A DNA stretch of 52,936 nt, from NCBI GenBank assembly GCA_000708835.1, contig DF237547.1:1-52936 (forward strand). The letters run 5' to 3'. The DNA comes from Klebsormidium nitens (Eukaryota > Plantae > Klebsormidiophyceae). Positions 34,291-47,830 of this stretch are shown one piece after another. The position numbers and the translations under genes were made by a program. The notes beneath the pieces are model-generated. The model was not told the origin of the DNA. It was given only the letters and a program-made list of their open reading frames with translations, and did no database searches. The stretch's first letter is position 1. Each line of letters opens with the position of its first letter.

Positions 34291-37200
34291 CTTTGACCCA
34301 GTACAGAAGGCGAAGAAGGCGAAGGACGTAACAGAGTTGCCAGCGAGCAAAAGAGTTCCTCTTTTAATTGCCTTTTCTAAGAGTGGAGAAATAATAAATC
34401 AGGGTAGGGCCCTATTCTGTCCTTCACACTGCTTCGGAGTAAGATTTACCCAGGGTCCTGGATCCGAAGTTGTCGCTTTCAGAGAGAGAGTTGGGTTGGT
34501 GCAACCTTGAAGGTCTGTATATGAGCACCTGCTTAAAAACAGATGGTAATCAGAAAGAGGAGAAATATCAAGCGGTCTGTTTGAGGGATGACCTTCGTGC
34601 TAATTTCAACATACGACTTGGTGTGCCTAATCAGGCAGAATCTGTGCCTTGTCGTTGCAGGACACCAACTTCTGGATGCGCGAAGATTACGGCCCTCAGG
34701 ATTCCAGCAGTGACGTCAGCGATAGCGCTGATGACGTGGATCTCGACGAGCCGGAAGAAGGGCAGGGGGAGGTGGCTGAGGACGTCCCGGAGACTTTGAA
34801 CAATCTTCTTTCTGAAAGTGAGGCTGGCGACGGTTTTTTTCTTCTTCTCTAGCAGTGCAATGATAATAATGAATCCGTGTGAGAATCTGACGAGAATCCT
34901 GAAAGTCCCTACAGATCGCCTTCTGAAGAAGGGGACGGAGCATTCCACAGCTGTCGAAAAATTGGCGTTGTCTGGCCGCCAAGTTTCTAATCTTTTCATT
35001 TCTGGCCCTTGTCAATTCTGACGCTCTTATTCCGGCAAAAAAGCAGACTGAGCGACTCGAGCTGCTAAGCGCAGCGTTGATAGACCGTAGGGTTTTTGAC
35101 ATTGTAAATATTCCTTAATCGGGTGCTTTGGCTGTTCTGCAGGTCACATCCACAGGACTTCGCGGCGCAACCAGCGGAAAAAGCCGCGCGTCACAAAGAC
35201 TGAGGGTGAGTCGTCGAGCTCGCTCCCTATCCGCCTCTTTTGGAGATCAGTGTGGTGGATCCACCGGTAGACCACGTTTTCATCCTATATTGATGTCATC
35301 AGGTAACAGTGCAGGCCTGGGCCTTGCCTTAGGGCAGATAACATCACCGTTCTTTCCCCACTAACTTCTTGATGTTACGTGCCGTCTGTTGCTCAGAGGA
35401 CGGGCGGTCGGTCTTCGTCGGGCGGCTGCCCGCGAATGCGACGTCTCAGGTCCTTCGGAACCGCTTCACGGAGTTTGGACACGTGGCGGGCGTGGAAGTG
35501 CGGTCCTTCAAGACCAAGAAAGGCCAGGTTGGCACGCGTTCTTCTTTCAGCGATGGCTGTTTAGGAAACATGTTGAGTAATGTAAAAAGGCGTTTAAGTA
35601 GCGACTGGTGCTGGAAGGAGCCCTTGAAGACCTCTCTCGAAGTAGAGAAGAGCCCTTATATGCCTCGGTCACATACGTTAAACCGGACGGGCAAGAACAT
35701 ACTCTTTGAAAAGGGAAGCTGTGATGGACTGATTTTAAGAATTGCGCGATGATTTGGAATCAGGTGTCCAAAGATGCACACTGATTGACAGGACTTGTTC
35801 ATGCAAGAGCCCTGTTAGATTAAGCAAAGAGTAGTGCGCGAGCTGAGACCTGCTTATACTTTGCAGAGAACGTACGCGTACATCGAGTTCGCGGATCCAC
35901 AGGCTGCAGCGAGGGCACTGAAAGTAAGGAATCTACGAATAGAATCTGCTATTACCATCATATTGGCTTTCATACGTCTGGAAGGCCTCAAACGCAGCAA
36001 GAAAACACGTGAGCTAAGGACTTCGAAAAAACAACCATGGAGAGACAAAGGAAGATTACCCGAACTTGTTCTAGCCTTGAGACGCTTCTTCCAACAAAAA
36101 AGCATTCTGCGAATCCGGCACCTCCCTTCCAGACGACTCACTAAAAGAAAACATTGGGGACAGCCTTTCTTGGGAGTTTTGTTAAGTTAACAAGAAGGCT
36201 TAGAGCCATCAAGCAGATCAGCGTGCAAGTCGGCCCCTGCTTCCTTTTTGGATCCATCTTCTTCTGACTCTGCTCGCGACTAGCCGTTTGCGCCAACCTT
36301 CGAAGGATCAGTCCAACGTTATTGTGAACCATTCCGCCGTCAGTTTCCATTCAAGTAAGGAGGAGAGAGCGTGCGTTTCAGACTGTGAATTCGGCGACAT
36401 GAGAGAAGTAAAAACACCATTCAAGCTGTCTGTCTACATCCTCGCTTTTACTGAATTCGGACTGCTTGTGACCGCAGGCGTCGCCAATTCGTGTCAAGGG
36501 AATGAAAGTCTACGTGGGCTCAATCCGCAGACGGGAGCCGCCGCAGCAGGGTTCTCGGAAAGGTGAGGCATCCTCGGGAATGAGCTTTGGGCAGGTCAGA
36601 AAGGCGAAGATAAGGTCGGGTCTGTGTGGTTCTGCGAATCGCCGTTTGCTGCAGATTTTGAGCGACCACGAATGAGTCTTTACCAGAAGTTGGAAGGCTC
36701 AGAATAGATCATGCTGCGCGTGGAGAACATTCTTGAGATAACTGGCCAGAACATGTACAAGCGGTCCTGTCGGGTTTGCCTGCAGGAACTTATGATTCGT
36801 GACGTGCTAGCATTAGAAAATATGAGAAACTTTGCTAAAGGGCCACAGGGCCAAAAAGGAGGAGGACACCTTAGAAGATGCCCGACTCGTATGTTTCTGC
36901 TTACGCGCTTCGACGAGCATCTGACAGAGGCTGGACGAGCATCCGTCATCGTTTTGAACGTTCTCGTTCCTTTTCCCGACGCTTAGCAGTTTCTCGACGC
37001 TTAGCAGAGAGACGTAGACCAGTTTTCCGCCAATCGTTTTAAGCCCTGCAGATTTACCTGTCTACAAAAGTAGTCCAACTTACCGGGTTGCTTCAGCGCG
37101 GTCCGATTTCGCCTGATTGGCAGAAAGGCGCCAACCTGTCTCAAAATATTCTGCAGGTTACGACCAGGCAAAGGGCATCGCCAAGCCATCTCCGACACTC

Positions 37201-40200
37201 AATTTTGCAGAAACCGGACTTCCTGCCAAGCTCGAAACCCACCCGACCGCTTCAACCGAGATCTTCATTGAGGACGGGGCGAATGCACCGGCTACCCGGG
37301 TTCTGGCAACCGGGGGAGAAATAACCGGAAGAATCGCTCTGGAAAGTGCTCCATTCCCCAACGTTCCGTTCCCGCCAAAGCCGCCAGCGTCTGAGGCAGC
37401 CCGGTTCAATGTCCCGGTCGACTTTGACCGGTCGGAGAAGCTCCCCGACCAGATTGAGACTGAGCCCATGTCTCCCACTTTTCCGGGCCGTCGTTCTAGC
37501 GCGATTCACGAGAAGAAGGCGCCGTCCCTGAGCACGGTTCCGGAGATCACACCGCTCGAAGAAGAGGACAAAGAAGAGGTACTTCCTGCGGATGCCGCGC
37601 ATGCGGCCGCGCGCACGTCGCTGAAAGCCTGCGCGATCGCGAAACCGGAGCCCAAACCCGTCAACCCGAACGCCAAGCCCGGCCCCGCGCGCTTCAAGCT
37701 CGTGGAATTGCAGGACGGCTCCTTCACCGTGCTGGCGCCACGTGGCGGCACCGCAGACGCGGTCGCTGACGTCATCGACATACCCGTCAAAGGCGCCCGG
37801 GAGCACGAACCGGGGGCCGACATGGAAGTGGTCCCGGCGCCGCAGGAAGCGCAGCCGGGCGCGGCGCGCGGGGCCGCGCTCTCTACCCTCGACCAGACCC
37901 ACCTCCCGAATGACGTCATCGCAAGCCTCGAGACCACCAAAAGCCGCCCCAAGAGTGCGAATTACGTCAGCGCGAGCGCTCAAGCGATCGATGGCGTCAG
38001 CCCAAACCCCGAAACCCTTCCCGACGCCGCCATGGGGGACGGCTCCGACGACGACATGCCGCCGCTCGAGAACATCCCCGACGCGCGGCCGGCCGCGGCT
38101 GACGTCATGGTCCTTCCCGGCAAGCGCGCGGCGTTCGTGGGCGGTGAGAACGCTTTCGAGATTGGCGCCACGTCAGCCGCGGGGGCGCGTTCACACCGGA
38201 GGAACAAGCGCGGGAAGGAGGCCGAGGAGCGGCCGCCCAGGGTGCCGTACTACCGGAACTACAGCCGCCCGCGCAAGGCGCCGATTTACACCCACATGGT
38301 GGTCGCCGCGTTCGCGTTCTTCCGTGAGCGTGTGGCGGCCGCGGGCGGGCGCGAGCTGGCGCGCGAGCTGCTAGAGTGGCTGGTGTCGCCCGAGGTTAGT
38401 GAGAATTTGCCCGGTGTTTTTCGTTTCAACGCAACTCCCCAATTGTCGAAATCCTGGCCGGGGAATCCAGTAGAAATGTACTCATCCCGAAGAAGGGACT
38501 CAGAGAATGACAATGACTTGAAGCAGAAGTGAGAATTACGTCACTAAATAGCGAACGCACACTGCTCGGAGGTCATCCTGATCATCGTCGGTTGCGAGAA
38601 CGCATGCAGGTCTTCTTTCTGAAGAGCGTCAGTGAAAGGGAACGGCCTGAATGAGGTTGTGCTTTTGGATTGTGGAGCAAAGACCGGTAATTGTGAAAGC
38701 GGAGAGTGCTTACATGCTTATACATACGTGCTTGAAATTTGACAGTGGGAAATCCTTTTCTGCGGGCTTTCTGATTTTTGATGATAGATCTCTTCGAGGC
38801 TTTCTTTGGTTGTGCGGTGCCTGCTTTCCTTACGATTGAGCGAGTCCAGTCCGTCGGACTTCCTCTTATATTCCCCGCAGAAACATCAGACCGTGCGGAT
38901 TGTCTTCGTGGATTGACTCACCGCATATCCACCGAATAAGCTGCTTGTATACCGACGTTTCCATCTTTCCTGAGCCCATGAGCCGTCTTTGAACAACATT
39001 GTCCGGTCCAGCCCAGATTCTGCTGCGTTCATCTATCATAATTTGTATCAGCTTCGATTCAAGTGGTGATGAAGCAAGCGGGCCTCTGGTGATCTTTCTT
39101 TGATCCAGTGTCCTCATGCTCGAGAACATCCTGCTGAAGCCACTTGCTTGTCAAATATGATCGGTGAAATGCAGAGACAATTTCTCCAGAATCCCTCTGG
39201 GCTTTAAACTGTCTCACAGTGTTATGCATGCGGTCAAGGTTCTCTTACTCACGTGATTGTACGCACTGTAAATGTACGCTTCCAAAGTCCTCCTAAGGTT
39301 CCTGTTCCCTCCTGTTCCGAAAGATATTTCTGGGTTGCATCGATATCAACCTCCGGCAATGACGTAATGAGTGCTCACGCTGAGAACCAAAATCCCAGCA
39401 GTTGCAAGCTGTACTTGGAGAGCTACCTGGAGTTTCTTAAATGAAACAGATTGTAACTTGGCATGGGCAACTTAAGCCACCTTATTTGACTGCTCAGATC
39501 GGCGCGCAAGGTCTTGCGAGCAGACCGACCTTTTAGCAGGAGCCTCACGTACCAGCTGATCGTTAATGTTGTGAATGCTCTGGACACTGGGGGCAAATGA
39601 CGTTACTAGAAAGCTTCTGAGGTCATCGAAGTCGATTCGAGACTGATGACTTGGTTCGACGCCTGCGTTAGCTTTGCTTTCTTTCCTTGACGCGCTTTGT
39701 GGTGCGTCAAAGCTGTCCGCGTGTTTCGCTTTGATCCCAGAATCGAATGTCTCGAGCTTTCAGAATGCTCGAGAGCTAAAAAGCTGAAAATTTGACAATC
39801 TCGTAATTCCTTTCTAAGGTTAAGGAAAGGAGTGGGCTTTCGTGACCAAGTGCTGTGAGGATCTCGAAAGGCGCCTTTATGAAAACGGAGACGCTTAATG
39901 GCCGCTTCGTTGTCGCACACTCTACCGTCTGTGCGCTGTTCTTCTCAGAAACGTTTTATTAAAAGCGTCCCATCCAGCACCAGCATGTTACACAGGCCCA
40001 CGTTCAAGTTTCTTCCAGAGTACATCACTTTCCTTCTACCTCGGTCCGTAGGGCTGACGTAGGGCTGACGTATGTGACGGCCACGTGTCAGGTGCTCGAG
40101 ACCGCCTCCCGGGACCCGTCCGCGCTGCAGCTGCTCTTCGGCGACACCCGGTGGATCGCCACCGGCCTGACCGGGCTGCCGCCGCCGGAGCGTAACGCTC

Positions 40201-40364
40201 AGCTGGAGCAGCTGGAGGAGCGTTACCGCCGAAGCACAGACGAGCGTGTCACCATCGACAAGGTGCACCGGGACTCCTTCGCCGAGCGGGTGGAGCGCTT
40301 CTGTGCGCTGTGCGGAGTGGACCGGTACAAGGACCCGGTCTGGTCCTTCACGGGCGGGGTGTGA
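34291..40364 (+). CDS. RRM-domain RNA-binding protein with acidic N-terminal region, long low-complexity linker and unrecognised C-terminal domain
   Basis: Exons: ~34291-34403 (uncertain), ~34661-34817, 35143-35205, 35397-35527 (RNP2 SVFVGRL), 35867-35923 (RNP1 RTYAYIEF), 36478-36562, 37157-38394, 40092-40364. Phases are consistent from 34661 onward. The start codon was not located. Confidence 0.8.
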
Positions 40365-43300
40365 CGTCATTCCGAGTAGCTGACGTAGATTGGTCGACGT
40401 AAAGTGGGGAAACGGTAGTGCAGCTTAAGGAAAGCGGGAAAAGGCCAGGTGTCGATAAGGCGGGATATCCAATGGGTTTTTGACCTGCAGAAAGAGCTTT
40501 GGTTGGAGTCCTTAGACAGCGAAGAAAGACTGTCCTGCAGCTGTTACATTTCTTTCGTGTCAGGCCGGCAAAACTAAGACGCTGGCTTTTCGAAATCGAC
40601 GAAAGCATCAGGCTCGTCGTGAATTCAGTTAAGGTGCTCATCAGAAAGCCCCGTGTATTTTAGTGACGGCTTGGGTTGCACCCTGATTTTGAAATGAGTT
40701 TGCGGCAGAACCGCGAACTGATTCACGAAATTGTATCGTTCCTGAAGATTGCTTCTCATTCCAACTGGCCCGTCCACAGACCAATGAAGGCAATGATGCA
40801 GCCAAATCTCTGCCTGGAATGCAGGAAAGGGTTGGCACAAAGCCCTCTCTCGTGACTTGAGGTCCTCCAAAGGTTTTAAAAAGCTTCGAACGCAAGATAT
40901 GCTTTGACATCCCCTTCCGGGTGACACTGCGCTAGCATTGTTTACTTAGCAAGTTGAACAAGCTTAGATAATGCTTCGCCGAAGACCTATTGAGAAATTC
41001 GTTTCAACTTTCCTGGCACCTGCCACTTCGTTGGAGAAATCCTGCAAAGCCTTGCGGTTATGTAGGTCTGAGAGTGGATCCCAACAATGAACAAGGTCCC
41101 CAACGTGTGAGCTCGATGAAAGAAAGTGGCCCAAACGAAAATGGGAACCGTGTATGCGCAATTGGAGATCCATCTAGAAAGGCTGCCTCCGTTACTTTCT
41201 CAAGAGTTCTTTGTTCCAGTTTTGGCTTCGTGGTCTGGTCCAGGTATTATTCTCGACCAAGAATCTTTGTCAGCCATTAGATCCACTTTGTCTTTGAACG
41301 TGGGGGCGGTCAAGCTTAAGTTTGCGTTTCGTCCACGATAAAGGCTGCCGATTCCCGAGCAGCCAGGATCGATCTATCAAGATGAACATGCGATGTTTGT
41401 GCGAAAACGTCGTTCGAGGCCAACAGCGGAGCTCGTGATGAAATTCAGAGAAAGGCCAAAGGCCTTCACTTGTGTGATAAGGAGTCATTTCGAGCCGCAT
41501 GTCTTTTGTGAGTACCACAACGAGTGAATCCTTTGATTGCAGCGAAGCGCCAAGAAGCTCAAGCTGCTCGATTCTTTCTTTGACGGTCTCGCTGGGAAGC
41601 TTCTTGACGAGGGTTCAGCCTCTCTTTATATGGTTCGGACGGGAAACTCGTATTGGCCGGAAGTGGCATGCTCGTCCAAATTGGCCGTATATAGCTGCTT
41701 CAAGGGCACACGCCGTTGGCCACGATTTCTGCTCAATTTACTTCAGCAGATTGTCTTTTGGCAGTGGTAAACATTGCCTATTTCCTGTGGGCACCTTCGA
41801 ACGCCCGGAAGAACGTATCCCCAGAGGCTTCAGAGCCGCAGCCGATCGTGATCCAAGCCTGGTCATCGAAGCTCAACTAAGAGTTCGCTTCGACCGAAAT
41901 GCTGCAAAGAGCTTTCCAGATTGTTCCCGAGCTTTGAGCCAATTGAATGTTCCAGTAGATCCACGGGGTTAGAAAGCTACATTACCAAAGCCATCTTCCG
42001 GTTTGGAGAGTACCGTAACTCCTACTTGGCGGTGATACAAAGCCAACACTGGAGGCCAAGTAGGTTGTCGGTCGACGCGCACCCAAACTTTTACGAGGTA
42101 AGTTCTGCATGGTCGCTTTGTCCCTTGCTAACCTTTGGTAGCAATCAGCCTACAGAGTAAGCACCTTTCAGAGTGTGCCGTACCTTCTAGACTGAGTGCT
42201 ACAGAGGGTTAGATCACCGGCTGGTGGTGTATGCTTGTACCGGCCTGACCTTTCTGATCAGATCGAAGATCACGAAGAGCGACAAGGAAAATGCGAGCCT
42301 TTACACGCCTTTCATTCCCAGTTCAAAAGGCTCTGATGCAAGCTGCAATTCGAGACTGGGCAGTCACAGGCCACTGCCCAGCATACTCTTGCCAGACTCT
42401 GAAGCCCACGATGCATGCTCGTTTTCGATTTTCTTCAGTTTCAAGGGCGGTTTTAGTCCAAAACATGATGTTTTGCAATGCTATAACTTGTTTTGCATCA
42501 AAATGTCAAAATACCAATTCAGAGATGATGTCCGAAGCTTGAATGCAGATGCTCACTAAAGTGAGCATTTACTTCCGGTTCTAGTGTTAAACTCGCACCC
42601 AAGATTTTGCACGGCCAGTTTGCAATGCATAAGGTGCAAAGTTCGCGGAATTCGACGATTTAGTATAATCACCCCCTTGGTGGGACCTTTTGATAGGCTT
42701 CGTCGAAAACAACATCTCGGGTGCGAGTTGAAGGGGCCCGAGCAGGTGCAGCCGAGCTGCAGGGATAAGCGCATACATTGACCCTATCTGCCAGACGCGT
42801 CGTCATCGCACCGTGGGCAGGGAAGAGTATACAAATCCGTCGTCGTAGGCACACGGCTGCGCGCTGCGACAAGCCACTTTCGGTCCTGTATTGCAGTTGT
42901 GCTCTGTATCCGTTTCGCAAAGCGGCAGAAGAGAGTGACTTGATCCGCGATTTCTGCGGGCTGAGAGCACAAGGGCACAATTCAGTGTAAGACAAATGTC
43001 ATTACAATGCGGCCAGTGTTTTGTCGTGGACCAAGCGGCTATTGGGCTGGGAGTCCTTCAGTTTCTAGACGTCAGCCTAGAGCCGGGTTTTTAGTCCAAT
43101 GCTAACACACTTTAAATGACTCGATTTATTTCTGCTTATACTTATTAATCATGGCTATGAGTAAGCATTTTGGTGAGGAATTCCGCTTCAACGTCCCCCA
43201 CTGGTGGCACCTCCGATGCTACGTCGTCGTTCAAAACCGTCATCAACCCGCTCTACTTGGCGGCTCTTGTGCTCAACGTTTGCAGCCAACGGTTTCAAGG

Positions 43301-44059
43301 GAACTAATCGATGCTTCGCTTGTTGAGTAGAGCTTCTAGGCCGTATCCAAGTGACTGTGGTCCAAGGCGCAAGATTAAAGTCTGCTTTTGAGATAATTTC
43401 GGAAGAATTTCGGGCGAGTGATGTATAGATGCGTCCTAGAATCTCTCCTAATTTGCGGTGTTGTTATCAGCTGCTTCTGGGAAAAAGCTGGCGGCCTATT
43501 ACATGTTGTGGGCCGCTAATCTTGACGAGCACTCCTGTGCTTTCTCGTGACGTCCGCCTTTAGTATAGCGTACTCGTTGGCTGCAAGTCTGCTTCATCTT
43601 GCGGACTGCAGCGTCTTGATGTTATTGTCTCCCCGTGTCAGGTCTCTGTTTCTGACTATTAAGGCAGATTCAGGAGTTTTTCGCGCTGACATGAGGAGTC
43701 AACAAACTGTTAAGCTTTGAGCTGCCCGCCCGAGTACCGGGCTTGAAATTTTTGATGAAACATTTCACTGCTATTGAGGTTAGGAAAAGAGAACAAGTGA
43801 CGTTGATTTTTACGATTTATGGGGTGACCTGAGCACCTCACGCAACTATTGGACAGATTAGACTGAGCCTTCCGAAGTAAGAAGAAGCTGAGCTCGGAAA
43901 ACGATAATGCATTTTCCATTCCGAAGCTTTATACCTTTATTTGAAGTACGTATCAAACTGAGCATCAATCAAGTCGGACGTATCCTTTGACATTCGAAAC
44001 ATTCTGCTACGACGTGGGGAGCAGCTTCCAGCGCGAGACATCTAGCATTTGAATCCACG

Positions 44060-44290
44060 ACTTTCGCTCAGCCCTGCGGAAGCAGCCGTTCTTTTAGCGA
44101 CACTTTGTGGGTCTATACCGAGCAGTTCAAGTTGACACCACCCCCCGTGGCCTTGTACCTCTGCTGGTCGGCGCGATTGAGCCGGTCCTCACGTTTGTAT
44201 CTCTCTCGTGTCATGTCCTTTTGCAAGACGGCAGTGTGGCGATGATCGCTCGACCATTGGGTGGGAAAAGATTCACATCCGTCTCGTGTC
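44060..44290 (-). repeat. Diverged dispersed repeat, pair A copy 1 (partner 49370-49570); decayed coding relic
   Basis: Shared GCAGCCGTTCT, GTGGCC..GTA.CTCTG and GTGGCGATGATCGCTC. Minus-strand translations share PT..SDHRH and QRY.AT..GGG. Confidence 0.6.
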
Positions 44291-47229
44291 CGTCTCATGG
44301 ACAATGAATGAAGCCACTAAGCGTTAGGGTTCGAAAAAGCCAAGGCTTGCAATCATTTTCAATGAAAACGGCCTAGTTTCTCAATTGCGTCTGGCAAAAG
44401 TCGAGTAAAACTGCGACCTAGGCCAACCTCTGTCAAAGTTCTTCCTCCTAAGACACCTGTTCTGGTCCCCCTGCGCGACTTGGGGCTCTATCTCGCCCCT
44501 CTTCTTCCAGCTTTTCAAGGGGTTCTTTTCGAAGCAGATGAGTACTTGTGGAAGGCAGCTCAGTGACTGCATCAGGAAGTTCAAACGTAAAAGACCCACT
44601 CCGCTGTGCGCGGGAGCTGAACACCTTCCAGTCGGTTGCCACAGCCGGATGTTTGCCCGAAATGATTCCTTCCAAGAGAATCAGCTGTCGGCCGTTTGCC
44701 TTGTGATGACAGAACTCAGACGGCTGCATTAGAAAAGTGAACGCGCCTGAAGAAATCGCACCAGGAAAAACTCAGGACAGTTGTACGTCCGCACCATGGC
44801 CGCCAGAAAGTTCGCTTTTCATCGAGCGGCCCGGTTGCGGAGGCCCACTTTCTAGATTCGAAAGCCCGTATGTCTACCTTTTCAAGATTGTTTTGGAGTC
44901 GCGCAAAAGTATTTTGTTGAGAGAATAATGGCTATGATGTGCTAACGTGTGGGGGAGGCCTTCTGCTTTACCTTGAAGATTCGTGCACGCTCTTTTGAGC
45001 CACGAAATCATATGTAGCTTTATTAAGCAGTCAAAAGCGACATCGCAAATCAGCTTGCCTTTCGAAGGCTGCTGCTCCAAAGTTCGCTTCGCCAAAAAGA
45101 CGTGAAAGATCAGCGCAGACGTGCGAGTCGGACGCATACCTAAGGAACTCGCTTCTTATACAATCGGGCTCAGGTATGTCGAGGTATGATAAGTTTCAAT
45201 ACGGGCCAAGCCTCACTATGTTTTTCTACGTGGCCAAATGTTAGGCGGGGCCGGTTCTCGGCCTGCGGGAACTAGCTGTAGTCGAATACTGTAGCCGACA
45301 GCTCACGTCCCAAATCTGCATCCAGTCCCGGCGTTTCTCAACGACATTCTATGCATAATTCAGTTGGTTGTACCAGGTCGATCAGCCGCACGCATGCGCC
45401 GTAAAGGATGTTCACAACCTCGATAAAGAGTTGACGTCGAAAGCACCCGCTGTACCATGTTCACAAAAGTGGAAATGATGAGTTCAATGCGTTGGGTATG
45501 TACTCCCAATCCAGCTTGAAGTGAAGCCACGTGTTACACAAAGTGCTCGGCCGGGCTAACGTGCCCCGCAGCTGCTTTTGAATCATAATAAGCGGTCCTA
45601 GCTTTTGTGACGCAACGCGAGGCAAGCCCAGTATAAAGCACGTAAAACGTGCTTTTGCTTGCGGCCTGATTGACCGCATCGAGACCTCATGTCTTTCGAT
45701 TCGTCGCTCGATCAGGTGCGCATCTTTTCGAAGCTTCAGACTTGCGCAAAGTGACCACGGCAGGAAAGAATTGCACTCAACATTGTGCGGAAGCTTTTGG
45801 GCAACTTTTGCACAGGCACGGTTGTTCGCCTTGAACACACTGGCAATCACCATACAAACAGTCTTGCTTAATGATTTTACTAACGCTGTACGAGTCCTCT
45901 TGACACACTGGAGCCAATCATACATCACATTTGCGACGGGGCTGTGAATGATCGTTCTGACAGAAAGGCACTTGCAGTGCCCACCACTTTTGCCATACAC
46001 GACCGCTAACTCGCTGAGCCATCAGCATCCGCAAATAGATAGCCCAACCTTCAGATTTTCGGCCAGGGAGAGTCGACACCGAGCACCACGTGACAATTTC
46101 CGGGCGCAGATGATTCGGAATAGCTCCACTCTGGCTCCATTTCCACTCGTCAGTCCTTCTATCTCATTGACCTGCTTGGCTTTGCACTGTCGACGTAGAG
46201 CCCACGTCAAGTCCGTCCTTCGAACGTACGCCTGGAGCTGCAAGGATGTAAAAGGACGCTCAGATTTCACTAGCCAGGATCGTGCAGCGGTTCCGCAGCT
46301 AGCTTTTAGATTTGTTCTGACGCCTTTTTTCTTTGCCCTTTCCGAAGAGATACTGGCTTGCGGTGTTATGTCTGTTCCTGTTTGTAGCAGCTTCTTTCCT
46401 CCTACAAGGGTAGCATGCGTACCTCGTCTTTTAATGACGGCATATCGGACCCATCTCAGTTCAGCGGATATCCGAGCAGTGGATTCTTCATTTCAAGGCC
46501 GGGGGTCCCGCGCAGGCTCAAAGGGCGAAGTATTGCTTGCTGCCTGCAACGACTGCTTTACGAAGTTGGTTAAGGAAACCGCCTTTTACGGGGGAACTGC
46601 CGTGAGTTTAACCGGGCCATCCCATCCGTGCCACCAAATAACTCCCACTTTGTGCTCCATCCGATCGCCCACTACGAGACGGTGCCAACCGTTGCGTATT
46701 TACGGAAAAGTGGGCTAACATACATATTGGCGCCAATCATGAGGATCTTTTCTCGTTTACCCGGCCCCTTGTAGCTTCAGCTTAAAAGGTTGCGCAGCTT
46801 CTCTTTGTGCACCTCGCCAGTCAATGGTTGCTTCGCACACGCATCCAAGTCCATCCAACCCGGAAGTCTTCAAAAAAAGAATCAAGTTCGGGTTTCTTGA
46901 GCTTGGCTGTGAGGGATTGAGCACTGAGGTTGCCTGCAAGCGACCTCACAGGAGAATGGTGCAATCGATGAGCCAGATTAGATGTAGAGAAAGCGACAAA
47001 TGCTATTTGTTCATGAGAGTGCGGAGCTCACGTCTCCGATGACTACTCGATTACTTGCTTGCATGAGCTATCTGTCGCGCAGAAAGCAGTTCATCTAGTC
47101 TTCTTATAATCATATGGGGTGTCGGGAAGTGGGATGTTCTTTTGGGGGTTAAGGTCTTGGAAGCAATACATTCCAGCTTTCGAGACTTACTGAAGTCATG
47201 AGTTCAAATGGAACAATTTAGCCGTTACA

Positions 47230-47550
47230 CAAATTCTACATTCGTTTCCAACTATCATTTGAAATTCTCTACGAACTCAGGAAGCAGATAAGCTTTGGAG
47301 CAAGTTGGAGATGCGTACCGCCAGGACGCATCAATGAAAAGATTCGAAGGCCGTTATCGAAGAGTCAAATTCTACATTCGTTTCCAACTATCATTTGAAA
47401 TTCTCTACGAACTCAGGAAGCAGATAAGCTTTGGAGCAAGTTGGAGATGCGTACCGCCAGGACGCATCAATGAAACGATTCGAAGGCCCTTCTCGAAGAG
47501 TCAAATTATACATTCGTTTCCAACTATCATTTGAAATTCTCTACGAACTC
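47230..47550. repeat. Tandem repeat, 136-bp unit, about 2.4 copies
   Basis: The unit CAAATTCTACATTCGTTTCCAACTATC...GAAGAGT starts at 47230, 47366 and 47502. The copies are nearly identical. Confidence 0.95.
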
Positions 47551-47579
47551 ATGGACTTTCCAGTGGTTAGGTTCTACGA

Positions 47580-47830
47580 TCGCGCTTCCACTTTGGCTTC
47601 GTACATGTATAGTTCAAGATTATCTGGTTCGTTTGTATCTCAAGCGACGTTAACGGTACGGTTGAGTAGCTGTGATCTTTGCAAGGCACGTACGTTGGGA
47701 TCTGTTGTAAAAACCCACATGTGTCGTGACCTTTTCCGCTGATGCTGCTCCCAGGAACAACTCTGCACCTTCTCACCTCAAAGTCACACTTGCTTAGTTA
47801 CAAGGATTCGACAATTCTCCACGGCGTGGA
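47580..47830 (-). repeat. Diverged dispersed repeat, pair B copy 1 (partner 52667-52930)
   Basis: Shared CGCGCTTC, ATCTGGTTCGTTTG, GGTACGGTTGAGT.GCTGTGAT, GGCACGTACGTTGGG, GCTGATGCTGCT and CTGCACCTTCT in the same order. Confidence 0.75.

Noticed and set aside
37158-38513. Antisense and alternate-frame ORFs over the large RRM-gene exon
   Set aside because: Shadows of GC-rich coding sequence.
40500-43900. Many 60-160-aa ORFs
   Set aside because: No recognisable protein family, transposase or RT motif. Appears non-coding or heavily decayed.
45461-46718. 179-aa (-) and 256-aa (+) ORFs as intact genes
   Set aside because: No domain motifs and atypical composition. Kept only as part of a low-confidence relic.
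47295-47742. Duplicated ORFs MEQVGDAYRQDASMKRFEG
   Set aside because: By-product of the 136-bp tandem repeat, with TTG starts.
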